Assembly: GCF_006345805.1 (NCBI RefSeq)
Contig: NC_042999.1
Location: 163,184,001 to 163,248,000 of the forward strand
Length of the DNA stretch: 64,000 nucleotides
From: Octopus sinensis
Taxonomy: Eukaryota
Reading direction: 5' to 3'
Shown in pieces: positions 51,089-63,359 of the stretch; the first letter of the stretch is position 1; the number at the start of each line of letters is the position of its first letter. Made by a program: the position numbers and the translations under genes. The notes under the pieces were generated by a model. That model was not told the origin of the DNA and made no database searches. It saw only the letters and a list, made by a program, of their open reading frames with translations.

Positions 51089-52200
51089 CTAGCAGAGGCA
51101 CCCAGCGTTGTCCAGGAATGAAATTGTTCCTTGTATATTGGAAGATAAAAACAATATATATTGTAAAGAAATTTGTTATTCTAAATTGAGTTTATCCATT
51201 AATTGGGAAATCAATTCTGAATTCATAATACAACAACAACAACAATAATAATAATAATGATAAAATCTTATATGCACAGTGTTGTTCTGGAAGAAGTTTA
51301 GGTTCATGTTCATTCACAAATGTAACCAAGTTTGTGATGTCATAATTTGTCTCTCTTGATATGTCTCCTGAAGTTAAATCACTAATTTGATGGCTTGTTT
51401 TCAGCAATCCAGAGCAGGACTCTTGCAAATTTTTGCTTCCCATGGCCAAAACTCAATCCTCAATTTCAGTCAGTGCTTGGTTAAACATTGTTTCAGAGAA
51501 CTGAATACTGATATCTGGGTTTGCCTGTTGAATTGCATACTTTAAGTCCTCAACCATGTCCTCATGATGTTTCATCCAAAGCTGTAGGGGACTGCCAAGT
51601 TGACACATGTTCAGTATAATTGCAAAAAGGTTACGGAATTTCCTTGGAGAATCTGATACTGATGCTTCAGTCAATGCAAGGTCCCAATGTTTATCATTTT
51701 CTGAAAAAAAACCTTGTTGATAGCATACTTCCCTATAAGTTTCACACACATGACCATCTACCCTCCTCAAATCTTGGAATGATTTGGGACCACATACTTC
51801 ATGCAAAAGGAGGCGTAAGTAGTAGCATTCTGCTTGGCTTGTGGGGAACACTGTAAACTCTTGCAAGGGCATTAGCCCCAAATTTTGTCTTGTATCATTT
51901 ATTGTTTTTCCAGGTGTAATACTTGGGTAATTGTGAGTAAAGGAGTTTTCTTGCATCTTCATCTACTTGACACAACTTAAAAAAGGTAATAAGGCCAGTT
52001 TCTTTTGAAGAAAGTGCTTGTTGCAAGGCTGTTTGTTTTGTAAAGGTAACCTCGTGGCCATTCTCTAGATGGACACTGAGATGAATGATGACTGGGTACC
52101 TCTCATGAATGGGAAAATTGAAAAGCCTCATTGGCATTGATGTGGCTTCCTCTGTCATACTGTACGTCTTTGTCCTTTTTATTTATCTGCTGACTGCCAT
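51089..52200 (-). mobile_element. Helitron remnant with RepHel coding fragments
   Basis: IHERYPVIIHLSVHLENG, ECYYLRLLLHEVCGPKSFQDLR and EPKLLPEQ. The minus-strand 3' end cctggacaacgctgggtgcctctgCTAG|T lies at about 51089-51116. Confidence 0.85.
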
Positions 52201-53224
52201 TCTGCATTAGAGTGTATGTTGCAGCATCTAAACCTTTGTTTATATATTTGCAAACATACTTGAGAGAGTCAACAGAGTTGCAGAGTCCAACATTGACTCT
52301 GGCTACCTATACTCATCTTTGCTTCACTGTAGAATACTGATCATCTACATCTACCCCAACTCATCTTTTACAAAAATTTAAATGGGATTAAATGAAAAAA
52401 TGAGTCACATGAATATCTTCGCAAGAGTATTTGAAATAAAAGGCAATTGTGGAACGCCCCACACACGCGCACACACACACACACACACACACACAGAATA
52501 TCAAACATCAGATGAAATGGACGTGTATGAGAAAGAGAGAAGGGTTGTGTTGTCATGTATATGTACATACAAAAATATGCATACATCTTTTTGTGTGTGT
52601 GTATAAGGGAGAGAGAATGCCACTTGGACATCACTCTCTCTCTCTCTCTCTCTCTGCTTCACACACATACATGCAAATGTATGCATATGAATTTATGTAT
52701 GTATACATGATTCACTCTCTCTCTCTCACAAACACATACATAAATGTATACAAATGTTCTTACAAGAACACACGTGTGCATGTGTGACTGACTTGTGCGT
52801 GTGAGAGAGAATATTGCGAACAATGAATGTAATAAACATGAAATGTAAAAGTCGTATAAATAAAAGCTCTTGTACAGAATGTTTAAATTTGTGAACTTAA
52901 ATATTTCTTTCAGTAATTTATATCGTAGTTGTTTGCAAATAGTGAAAACTTGAAATGAAAACACAGAAATAGGGAATGAGGCTTTTTACTGTTGCTACAT
53001 CAAAACTGGAAGCTGACATTGAGAAACTTTTTAAAGAAGTGAATGCTATATATGAAGCAATATTATTTTTAATAAAAAGATCAAATGAAGAGCCTGAAAT
53101 TTGTCCAAGGCCAAATTATTCATGCATCACAAGTATGAAAGCAGTTGGTGAAGCAATTTTTGTGTGAAAAGCGAATACACAGGCATCTCTATTTTATATA
53201 TTAGATGTATATTCAAAATATATT

Positions 53225-54330
53225 ACATATATATATATAATGGAACAAAAATGCAACAGAGGACAATAAAACATTCAGCAGATAGGCGATACAAAGGTGG
53301 ACTGGAAAATACAAGTAAAGGACAGGCAAAAAAAAGACGGGTCATTCATGGCCCTCCTTCCTCAGTCAGGTTCCCAGAAGTCCTTACTGTTTTGGGCAGT
53401 TACACTTGAGACAGTTCGATCTGGTTACCCCCAAAAAAGTCTAAGCTAAGAGCATTAGATTTTTTTTGTAAGAAAGCTAGTAAATGTGTGTGGCAACAAA
53501 GACTAAAAAACGGAGAACATGGTACACAATTACAAATACAAAAAAAGGAAAATAACAACAGGTGTCTTTTGACTGAGAATGAATCAAATTGAGCTGGTGT
53601 GTATTAAGTGAAAGCCTAAAAGCAGGAACATAGGAGATGGACATAAGAGGTGTTGGCGGTCAGCAGTTAGGCCAAGAAAGAAAGATCGTGGCTGGACAGA
53701 CACCAGTCATGTGGAAGAAGAGAGGGGTTGGAGGCAGTGGGATTGACGGATTGTAAAAAAAATCACAGACAATGGGAAAGGTACAGGGGAGATAAATGAA
53801 GGGGAAAAAAGTGTGAGTTAAAGACAGAAAGGGCCAAGAAATATGAGAGAGGGGGGGGAGTGAGAAAAGTGGAAAAATAATGACTAAAAGAAAGAGTAAG
53901 AGTCATACAAAATGTAGATACCTACTATTAGGTGAGCATAAGTGTACGTATGCCACTATATGTATATATAAATATAGAAAATGGAATAAAAATAAAAATC
54001 TCAACAGAGGAGAATAAAACATTCGGACAGACAATACAGAGGTGGACAGGAGAAACAAAAATTAGGACAGGCAAAAGGAGAGGGTTCATTTATAGCCCTC
54101 CTTCCTCAGTTAAGTTACTTAACTGTTTCGGACAGGCACACTTGTGACAGTATATGTGGCGATTTTTTTTCCTCTGTCTTCCCTTCTCTGGATCTTTCCT
54201 TCTCCTATGTTTCCGACAAAGAGCTCCGCTCGAAATGTTAAACCCTCCTTTCCTGAGCATCCAATAATACTATATTTGTTCCACGTCCTCGCGTTGTTGT
54301 GTTTTTTTTGTGCTTTCTTGTTTGGATTAA
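53225..54330. mobile_element. PLE-like terminal-repeat fragments (related pieces at 61260-61760 and probably 1-430)
   Basis: Shared blocks acgggtcattc..., ctaagctaagagcattaga and ggtgtctt..gact; a degenerate hammerhead-like motif at 54213-54242. Confidence 0.45.
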
Positions 54331-54399
54331 CTATATATATATATATGAAAAAACAAGTCAAAAATAGAAAATGCTAAAATAATTTTATAGTGAACATTT

Positions 54400-54437
54400 C
54401 AGTACCGGTTTCGGTCATTTTGAGACCTTTTCAACTG
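54400..54437 (-). ncRNA. Identical inverted copy of the U3:A8 hammerhead motif
   Basis: Exact reverse complement of 55982-56019. Confidence 0.7.
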
Positions 54438-55382
54438 TAACGATTAAATAATTAAATTTAGAAAAATTAGAAGAAAAGTTTTTTTAAAAGAATATTTCTA
54501 TAGTAGTGTTCAGATTTAAGTGGCATTCTGCCTTTCTCTGACTCCCTTGTTTGCACTTGTGTGTCGGAGGTCGTTGTGAGTTCTTGGAAGGGTAGTAGAG
54601 GAAGAAGGCTGGTGGGGAAAGGGGGATGGGAGAATCTGGGAGTGCCCTGATGGTCGTATTTTGAATGGTCAGTGGCGGCTGGCAGTCTCAGTTCAATTCA
54701 GGAGAATATTTATATTGACAGGCTTGTTTATAGAATTAGCGTAGGTGTTATACTAAAAAACATTAGTGACAAAGTTAAGGGGTAGGGGGTGGAGAAGTAG
54801 AAGAAGAAGAAGAAGAAGAAGGAGAAGGAGAAGATGAAAAAATGTGGAAGACCCAATTGCGGGATACGCGACTATCTAATTGAGGGATCAGAGTTCTCCT
54901 TCAAGCAGGGACAACGGTTTACAGTGAAAAGCAACTTCACATGTGCTTCGGAGAACCTAATATACTCACTAACCTGCTCCGGGTGTCAAGAGCAGTACAT
55001 AGGCCAAACAAAAAATGGTTTGCGTAAACGAATGGCCCTGCACAGATCCCAGATAAAAATTCCCCAAAACAGAAAAATAGCTTTTAGCCAACACATAGAT
55101 ACTTGCGCCAACAAAAAAACACCAAACTTCAGAATTTTCCCCCTCTACCAATTTAGGGACGATACAACCTCGAGACAACGAATAAGTAAAGAAAATCTCT
55201 TTATTACAAAATACAAGCCACTTCTAAACGGGTCTACGACAAACAATTAATATACCTCAACTTTAGAATAAAAGAAAAAAATATATATACACACACAAAT
55301 ATTACACTCCATAGAATCCATTACTAATCAGCCCCTTCATAGCTATACTTACACCCATTCATATTCCCCCTTCTCTGTTTTT

Positions 55383-55415
<33 letters not shown>

Positions 55416-55981
55416 ATCATCATCATTATCATCATCATCGTCGTCATCATCACCACCATCATCACCACCATCTTCTCCTTCTCCTCCTTCTTCTTCTTCT
55501 TCATCATCATTATCATCATCATCGTCGTCATAATCATCACCACCACCACCATCATCGTCATCTTCTTCTCCTTCTTCTTCTTCTTCTTCTTCTTCTTCTT
55601 CTTCTTCTTCTTCTTCTTCTACTTCTCCACCCCCTACCCCTTAACTTTGTCACTAATGTTTTTTAGTATAACACCTACGCTAATTCTATAAACAAGCCTG
55701 TCAATATAAATATTCTCCTGAATTGAACTGAGACTGCCAGCCGCCACTGACCATTCAAAATACGACCATCAGGGCACTCCCAGATTCTCCCATCCCCCTT
55801 TCCCCACCAGCCTTCTTCCTCTACTACCCTTCCAAGAACTCACAACGACCTCCGACACACAAGTGCAAACAAGGGAGTCAGAGAAAGGCAGAATGCCACT
55901 TAAATCTGAACACTACTATAGAAATATTCTTTTAAAAAAACTTTTCTTCTAATTTTTCTAAATTTAATTATTTAATCGTTA

Positions 55982-56019
55982 CAGTTGAAAAGGTCTCAAA
56001 ATGACCGAAACCGGTACTG
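55982..56019 (+). ncRNA. Minimal type I hammerhead motif, U3:A8 variant, in a PLE 3' repeat
   Basis: CAG-TTGAAAA-GGTC tcaaaat GACC-GAAA-CCGG-TA-CTG. Palindromic ACCGGT stem III, GUA triplet. Confidence 0.7.
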
Positions 56020-56106
56020 AAATGTTCACTATAAAATTATTTTAGCATTTTCTATTTTTGACTTGTTTTTTCATATATATCAACTCGTGTGTTCCTTTTC
56101 ACCCTT

Positions 56107-56159
<53 letters not shown>

Positions 56160-56344
56160 TCCGACCAGTCCATCAGATGTAGTTACACATCGCTGGTCAC
56201 AATGCGTTCGCATTGTTTTAGCCTTCGAATGACACCACCCCGCTGGCTAAGCGAGCAGGCCAACAGAAGAAACAGTTGTGAAAGAGTACAGCAGGGATCA
56301 CCACCCCCTGCCGGAGCCTCATGGAGCTTTTAGGTGTTTTCGCT

Positions 56345-58010
56345 CAATAAACACTCATATGTATTCTGCATATTCATGTGTTTGTGTGTTTTTATGTATG
56401 TGTGTGTTTGTATATGTGTGTGTATCTCTGTCTCCTTGTGTGTGTTTTGCAACCATGTACTGTGTTTGTATGTATGGATGTGCATCTCCATATGTGTGGA
56501 CGCGTGTCTCCTTATGTGTCCTTGTGTGAAGTGAAGTGTGTGTGTATATGGTCATGTGTTTCAGTCTTCATCTGCGTATGTGTGCTTGTCTGTTCATATA
56601 ACCTATGTACCTATCTGTCTGTATGTCTATCTGTTTACTTTCATATCCATATGCTTACATACATGTGCATATACATATATATATACGTACACAAACACAC
56701 ACATAGATCTATCTACATAACAGCCCACTAACTATTCTACCTGTACATAAATATAAACTGTGGGTATGGGGGTATGATATCTACTACGTATATTTCCTAT
56801 TTAGTATTGGGGAAGTTTCATTTTTGAGGACATACTCCCATATTTGTCTGAATGTTGGGTCTTTTAGATGATTGGATAAGATGCAGATGTCAAGTTGACC
56901 TAGGTTTCCTTCATGTTGGTAGAATATGGAGGACTGTTTTCTGTCGTCATATTGTCTCAGATGTTCGTTTAGTTGTTCCACAATGCTCCTAGATGTCTCC
57001 CCTATGTACATCATGTTCATTTCTTTACAAGCACCTTCTATGCATCTTATGCTGTAAACTACATTTTGAGTTCTACAGTTAATGCCAGGGCTAATCCTAC
57101 ATACCATGCAGTTATCATTGGTGCATATGATATTCTCAAAGGGGTATGTCCTACATGGTTGTGATCTGATGGAGTTCTCTGGCTTTTCAACAATCTTAAT
57201 GTTGAGTGTGGTCTCCTTCAGAGCTTTCCTAAATCTATGGGCTAGTTCTCCAAGGGCTGGGCCTCTAAAAACATCACTCCTTAATATTTGTCAGTTTTAT
57301 ACCACGTGTTCACCCTGTTTGCTTTGTCACAAGCTTTCAGTCTTTGCTTCTATATCAAGGGAAGGTACCACTGGTATCATTACATATAATGTTATCTAAT
57401 TTCTTTCTAGCACCCCTGTATACTCAAACCCTATCTTTCTGATAATATCCAGAGAATTGCATGAAGATCAGTATATGTTTCTTCATTTCATAGGGTTTGC
57501 ATAGTGGGGACATTATCCTAACTAAGTCTGCTATCAGTATGTTAATTTTCATGTTGTGTGACAAAGCTGAGTTCTTGTGAACAACATATTTTGAAGCTAT
57601 GGGTTTTAGGTAATAGGAGTGGAGGAGCTGCACTCTGCTGTTCACAGTCTCTAACCAAAGTTCAGTATCAAGGACAGGGAGTCTATTGTCATGGTGCCTA
57701 GTGGGGTAATCTATAGTTACCTTGATACTTTGGTGGATGGAGTTAGCTACTTGCTGGATGCTCTCCATTATGCTCCTCTCAGTTTCTACATTACCGTTAC
57801 TAGATTTGGTCTTGACTATGATACTAATGTCATCTAAATACCTACTGTAAAGTAGAAGAGTTGTGGACTGTTCTGCTAAGGATTACTAAAGTTTTCTGTC
57901 CCACTAGGTCAGGAATGGGCCGGCCACATCTCAGCTACACTGACACCAATGGCTACTTCTTGAACCTACATGTATAGTCTTTTGTTAAACTTTACTATGT
58001 GGTTCTTCAA
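56345..58010 (-). mobile_element. PLE of the same family as 43195-45800, inverted
   Basis: ORFs 57424..57768 and 56784..57107 mirror 43967..44311 and 44628..44966. Confidence 0.85.
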
Positions 58011-58730
58011 GGGGCCAGTGTAAAAACAAACTGTAAAGCTAGGAATGTAGTCTATAGTGTAAGATGTACAGAGGGATGGTGCAGTAACAAGAGAATGACA
58101 TACATAGGGGAAACAGCATGGAGCATAGGAGAGCGGGTAAATGTGCATTGGAGGGAACTTAAGGAAGAGAAGAGCTCATTGGTTCTGTACCAACACGCCG
58201 AACAGGAACATGGAGGCTCGCTCAAAAACATAGAAGTTAAAATATTGTCCACACATAGAACAGACGCAACAATTAGACAAATTATGGAAGCTACACACAT
58301 AATAGAAGATAAATCTAGCCTGAATAGGAAACTAGAATGGAACACTAGCACACACCACAACCTATGACAGAATAAGATCCCCATAAACTGATACAATATG
58401 AACATATAATACAATACAGAGATAAATAAATGGAATTAAATAACTATATATATTAACAAATTAAATCAAATACAATAAGAGAAAGAAAAGAAAAAATAAG
58501 CCGATATAAACATGGACAAAATAGATAAAAGCAAATTAAACGAATATGTATAAACAGGGGATACTGATAATACAGATACATTCCTACATGCACAAATAAA
58601 GACACATACAATAGGAATACAAAATGGCCGATCATTACTAAGGAAAAACAGAGAAAAAGAAAGAAGAAAGCAAAGGACCACTGATGAGATCACATAAGTG
58701 TGATGAAAGAACTCTGGCTGAAATACGATT
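58011..58730 (+). mobile_element. Sister-subfamily PLE 3' fragment: GIY-YIG, 3' UTR and hammerhead motif
   Basis: NCKARNVVYSVRC...TYIGETAWS...LNRKLEWN, followed by the motif at 58678. Confidence 0.75.
58678..58717 (+). ncRNA. Minimal type I hammerhead motif (C3:G8), apparently missing C11.1
   Basis: CCA-CTGATGA-GATCACA taag TGTGAT-GAAA-GAAC-TC-TGG, about 310 nt downstream of a GIY-YIG ORF on the same strand. Confidence 0.6.
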
Positions 58731-58935
58731 AATATAGAATAAAGCTGAAGACAGTGAACACCAAATATATATTGCGTGTGTTTTTATTGGCTAAACTGGT
58801 AACATGACCATCTCCAAATACAAAAATATCTGTTTTAACACACGAACTCATATCAAGAATCTTGCAAAATGAATATATGTGTGTGTGTATGTATATATAT
58901 ATGTGTGTGTGTGTATATGTATATATATGTGTATG

Positions 58936-59017
<82 letters not shown>

Positions 59018-59037
59018 TATATGTGTATATATATATG

Positions 59038-59102
<65 letters not shown>

Positions 59103-59814
59103 ATATATATACCATAAATCCTTGCATATAATCCGCATTTTTTTCCCAAAATCTAATGGTCAAAATCCCTAGTGTGTACTATATACGAGGTTAAAAATAA
59201 AAAATATTTTTTTAAGCAATGTCTGAGTTTCTATTTGCTGTCCAGCAATGTTTATTCAGATGCATTTTGTGATGTCGGGCGCGAAAATACATTAAGCTAA
59301 GTCTGAAAGCAATGAAGTCATAAAAGAATCATCAATAACTTGCAGTAAGCAACATTTATTAAAATAAAAGTATTCAGAACACAGAATATCATGTAACAAA
59401 AACAATTTGCAAACATTTACATTCCCATATAGCAGTTAAGAACATCACCATTGTTGTATTATGCATGCGCGGAAGCGTTTGTTCAACTAGGTTCTGCTGG
59501 CTTAATTACGTACGACTCAAGTTGGAGAAGAGGTGTGTATTATACTCAAGGGTGGAATATACTCGAGGAGTTACGGTATGTATATATATAATATGTATAT
59601 GTGTGTATATATATATGTATATATATATTTATGTATTTTTTTTAAATTTATTATATAGAAGGAGCTTCTACAGGACTAGATACATAGATAATAAAATAAT
59701 ATAATAAATTAATTTACTCTGCTATGTATTGAGTACCTTATTTACTGTGGTTAACCCCGACTCAACCCGGGACCTACATATATATTTATGTATATATATA
59801 TGAAATCAAAATCA

Positions 59815-60200
59815 TTTCGATGACTGGCATCCGTGCTAGCAGGGTGCAAAGAGCACCATACGAGTGTGATCGTTGACAGAGCGGCTATTCGAGTGTGATC
59901 GTGACCAGCGTAGCCTTACTGGCACTTATGCCTGTGCTAGCAGGGTGCCAAGAACACCATCCGAGCGTGATCGTTGTGATCGTTGCCAGAGCAGCCAACT
60001 GGCTTCCATACCCGTGGCATGTAAAAGGGCACCATTCGAGCGTGATGATTACCAACGTTGCTTCACCGGCACATGTAAAAAGATTCGAGCGAGGTCATTG
60101 CCAGTACCGCCTGACTGGGCCCCGTGCAAGTGGCACGTAAAAAGCACCCACTACACTCTCAGAGTGGTTGACGTTAGGAAGGGCAATGATGATGATGATG
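59815..60200 (+). mobile_element. RTE-tail element with internal tandem repeats
   Basis: gtggcacgtaaaaagcacccactacactc...gatgatgatg; repeated cgagcgtgatcgtt units. Confidence 0.6.
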
Positions 60201-60255
60201 ATATGTATATACATATATGTGTATATATATATATACATGTTAATATATGTATATA

Positions 60256-60300
<45 letters not shown>

Positions 60301-60404
60301 GAAATATTAAAATTATTAAGTCTCTATAAAAGAGATTATGGCAGCGTTTACTGGAAATTAATTGTTATCGCCATATTAATATGGCATTCTTATAGATATA
60401 AGAA

Positions 60405-60745
60405 GTGAAGGCGCATGGCTCAGTGGTTAGAGCGTCGAGCTTACGATCGTGAGGTTGTGAGCTCGAATCCCGGACCGGGCTGCGTGTTGTGTTCTTGAGC
60501 AAAACACTTTATTTCACGTTGCTCCAGTTCACTCAGCTGTAGAAATGAGTTGCGACGTCACAGGGGCCAAGCTGTATCGACCTTTGTCTTTCCCTTGGAT
60601 AACACTAGTGGCATGGAGAGGGGAGGCTGGTATGCATGGGCGACTGCTGGTCTTCCATAAACAACCTTGCCCGGACTTGTGTCTAGGAGGGTAACTTTCT
60701 AGGTGCAATCCCATGGTCATTCATGACCGAAGGGGGTCTTTACTC
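60405..60745 (+). mobile_element. tRNA-headed SINE, family D, with a 16-bp target site duplication
   Basis: Head gaaggcgcatggctcagtggttagagc...gctcgaatccc. CTTATAGATATAAGAA occurs at both 60389-60404 and 60746-60761. Confidence 0.85.
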
Positions 60746-60892
60746 CTTATAGATATAAGAATAATCGCTGCCATGGTCAGCTCCATGAGGCCACCGCCAT
60801 CAAGATAGCTATTGATACACAATCTGTATCCATTATAACCTTCGAACAAGGGAGGTCAGCCGCTTCACACTGCCAGTCCGACAGCTACAAAA

Positions 60893-60923
<31 letters not shown>

Positions 60924-62024
60924 CATATATACGACAGGCTTCTTCAGTTTCTGTCTACCAAATCCACTCACAAGGCTTTGGTCGGCCCGAGGCTATAGTA
61001 GAAGACATTTGCCCAAGGTGCCACGCAGTGGGACTGAACCCGGAACCATGTGGTTGGTAAACAAGCTACTTACCACACAGCCACTTTGCGCCTATATGTA
61101 TATATATATGTAGATGTATATATATGTGTATATATATAAATATGTATATATATAAATATGTATATATATATTACGGAGACGGACTTGCATAGCAAGTGAC
61201 CTGAAGTGAGGTGGTGTGTTTGAACGAAAACAATTGCAGCGTGGAAGCCATTTAAGAAACACAAAACTGATTAATCTTGAGATCGCTCCGATCCGGCCAG
61301 CCCCAAGGAAAAACTAAGCTCCGAGCATTAGATTTCTTGGAAAAAGGATCGAATGTATACGAAACAGGGACAGAAAAACGGACGATGCCACACGAATATA
61401 AAATACAAAAAACAATAATGGTAAAAACATGACAAAAACAGCGGGTGTCTTACGACTAATAGACAGTACAACTTAGTTTAGCTGGTGCATTTGGAAAAAA
61501 ATGCCTTTTTCGGCAGACGAAGACAACGATCTTCTCATGGCGCTGGTTAGAAGCTGCAAAATACAAAATGGGACAAGAATGCAAAACATTCAAATAGACG
61601 ATACTAAAAACGGACGGGTCATTCGAAGCTTCTAATGTTCAGTCAAGAACCGGATCATCCTCGCAATTTTGGCTGATTAATCTTGAGATCGCTCCGATCT
61701 GGCCAGCCCCAAGGAAAAAACTAAGCTACGAGCATTAGATTTCTTGGAAAAAAGGATCGAAAGCAAAGCGTATATACTATTCACATGCGCAAAATACATT
61801 AATGAACACCATTAAACAATATATTACATTGGATATACCATGCATCGTATATTCATGTAAATACATTAGAACATATATACACTACTATGCTTATCAGTAA
61901 CAACAATATTATTGTATTAACAATAATCTTCAACAGATCTTACATACTATAATAATGTCTACTACATATCAAAAATTCACGATACAAGATTCAATATATA
62001 TATTCATACGTATACATATATATC

Positions 62025-62441
62025 TCTTTACTCTCTTTTACTCTTTTACTTGTTTCAGTCATTTGACTGCGGCCATGCTGGAGCACCGCCTTTAGTCGAG
62101 CAAATCGACCCCGGGACTTATTCATTGTAAGCCCAGTACTTATTCTATCAGTCTCTTTTGCCGAACCGCTAAGTGACGGGGACGTAAACACACCAGCATC
62201 GGTTGTCAAGCAATGCTAGGGGGACAAACGCAGACACACAAACACACACACATACATATATATATATATACATATATACGACAGGCTTCTTTCAGTTTCC
62301 GTCTACCAAATCCACTCACAAGGCATTGGTCGGCCCGGGGCTATAGCAGAAGACACTTGCCCATGATGCCACGCAGTGGGACTGAACCCGGAACCATGTG
62401 GTTGGTTAGCAAGCTACTTACCACACAGCCACTCCTGCGCC
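62025..62441 (-). mobile_element. Family A SINE (a 5' half also lies at 60890-61093)
   Basis: Near-identical to 7116-7525. Confidence 0.8.
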
Positions 62442-62689
62442 AATACATGCGTATACAAAATTACATGCGTATAATCATATAAATCAGACAAAATATAGTT
62501 ATTATTTTATACATCCACATAAAGTGAACATATTCAATTTTAAAATCCAAAAGAGTAATTCCAAACTTTTTGTCAAAGCTGAATTTAATCCACAATATTT
62601 ATGCTTCTAATATCCGTAAGTTGATGAACAAACTAAATTTGTTTCTCTATTTTCTTATTTGTATTATAAATTTACGGTAAAAATATTTC

Positions 62690-63165
62690 TTTACCTTCAC
62701 CTGTTTAATACAATAAATAAGTTAATTGCATTGCAATATTGTCATTCTGTAGTCTTTTGATAGTGAACTTTTCTTCCTTAGTGATATTTGGTTTGGGAAG
62801 TTTCGCTTGTTCCAGCACTTGTCTCATTTTCCACCTTAGTTCATCTCCCTGAGCTTTTGGTATCTTTTTGGTTATCTCTTAAATAGAGGCTGTTATGTCC
62901 AAGTATGGAATATGCTTGATGGTTGTCACAAAGTTGAGACCTTTATTCAGTACTGCTTCTTCAGAGCTTTCTAGATGTCGGCTGCTTACATTAATTACAG
63001 CCTTCAGAGGTGGGAGATGGATTTCAGTCTTCATTCTCTGACCTTTGAGTTTCATTAACTTTTTAATTTGGCGTGTCTTCACCATTTCAAATTCTTTCAT
63101 GTATGACTTTTCCAGATCTTGTTGGATTCTCTTTCTATCATCATCTCTGGTTATTTTCCAAAACG
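62690..63165 (-). mobile_element. PLE ORF N-terminal fragment
   Basis: AVINVSSRHLESSEEAVLNKGLNF...ELRWKMR.VLEQAKLPKPNITKEE. Confidence 0.65.
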
Positions 63166-63359
63166 TTGTGTTAACAACAAACAAGATGAGGACAAATATC
63201 CATTAAATGTAAATAGTGTAAATAATGTAAATAATGCACATAGTTCCTCATCTCTTTAAAATAGAACTGTAAAAAATAACTGTCCAACCATACTCCTTCT
63301 TGTTGACTCTACTTTATTCAATTTTATTTTCACACACAATAAATATCTAAATCTAGACT

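Larger units (their letters stand above)
54339..56080 (+). mobile_element. Fold-back PLE: GIY-YIG ORF (54834..55250) between ~500-bp inverted repeats
   Basis: 54339-54838 is the reverse complement of 55558-56080 apart from the (GAA)n length. ORF CGRPNC...NLIYSLTCSGCQEQYIGQT...KYKPLLN. Confidence 0.85.

Noticed and set aside
63150-63200. Hammerhead 3' remnant (cc-aaaacgttgtg) next to a PLE N-terminal fragment
   Set aside because: The core and stem II are absent, so there is too little to call.
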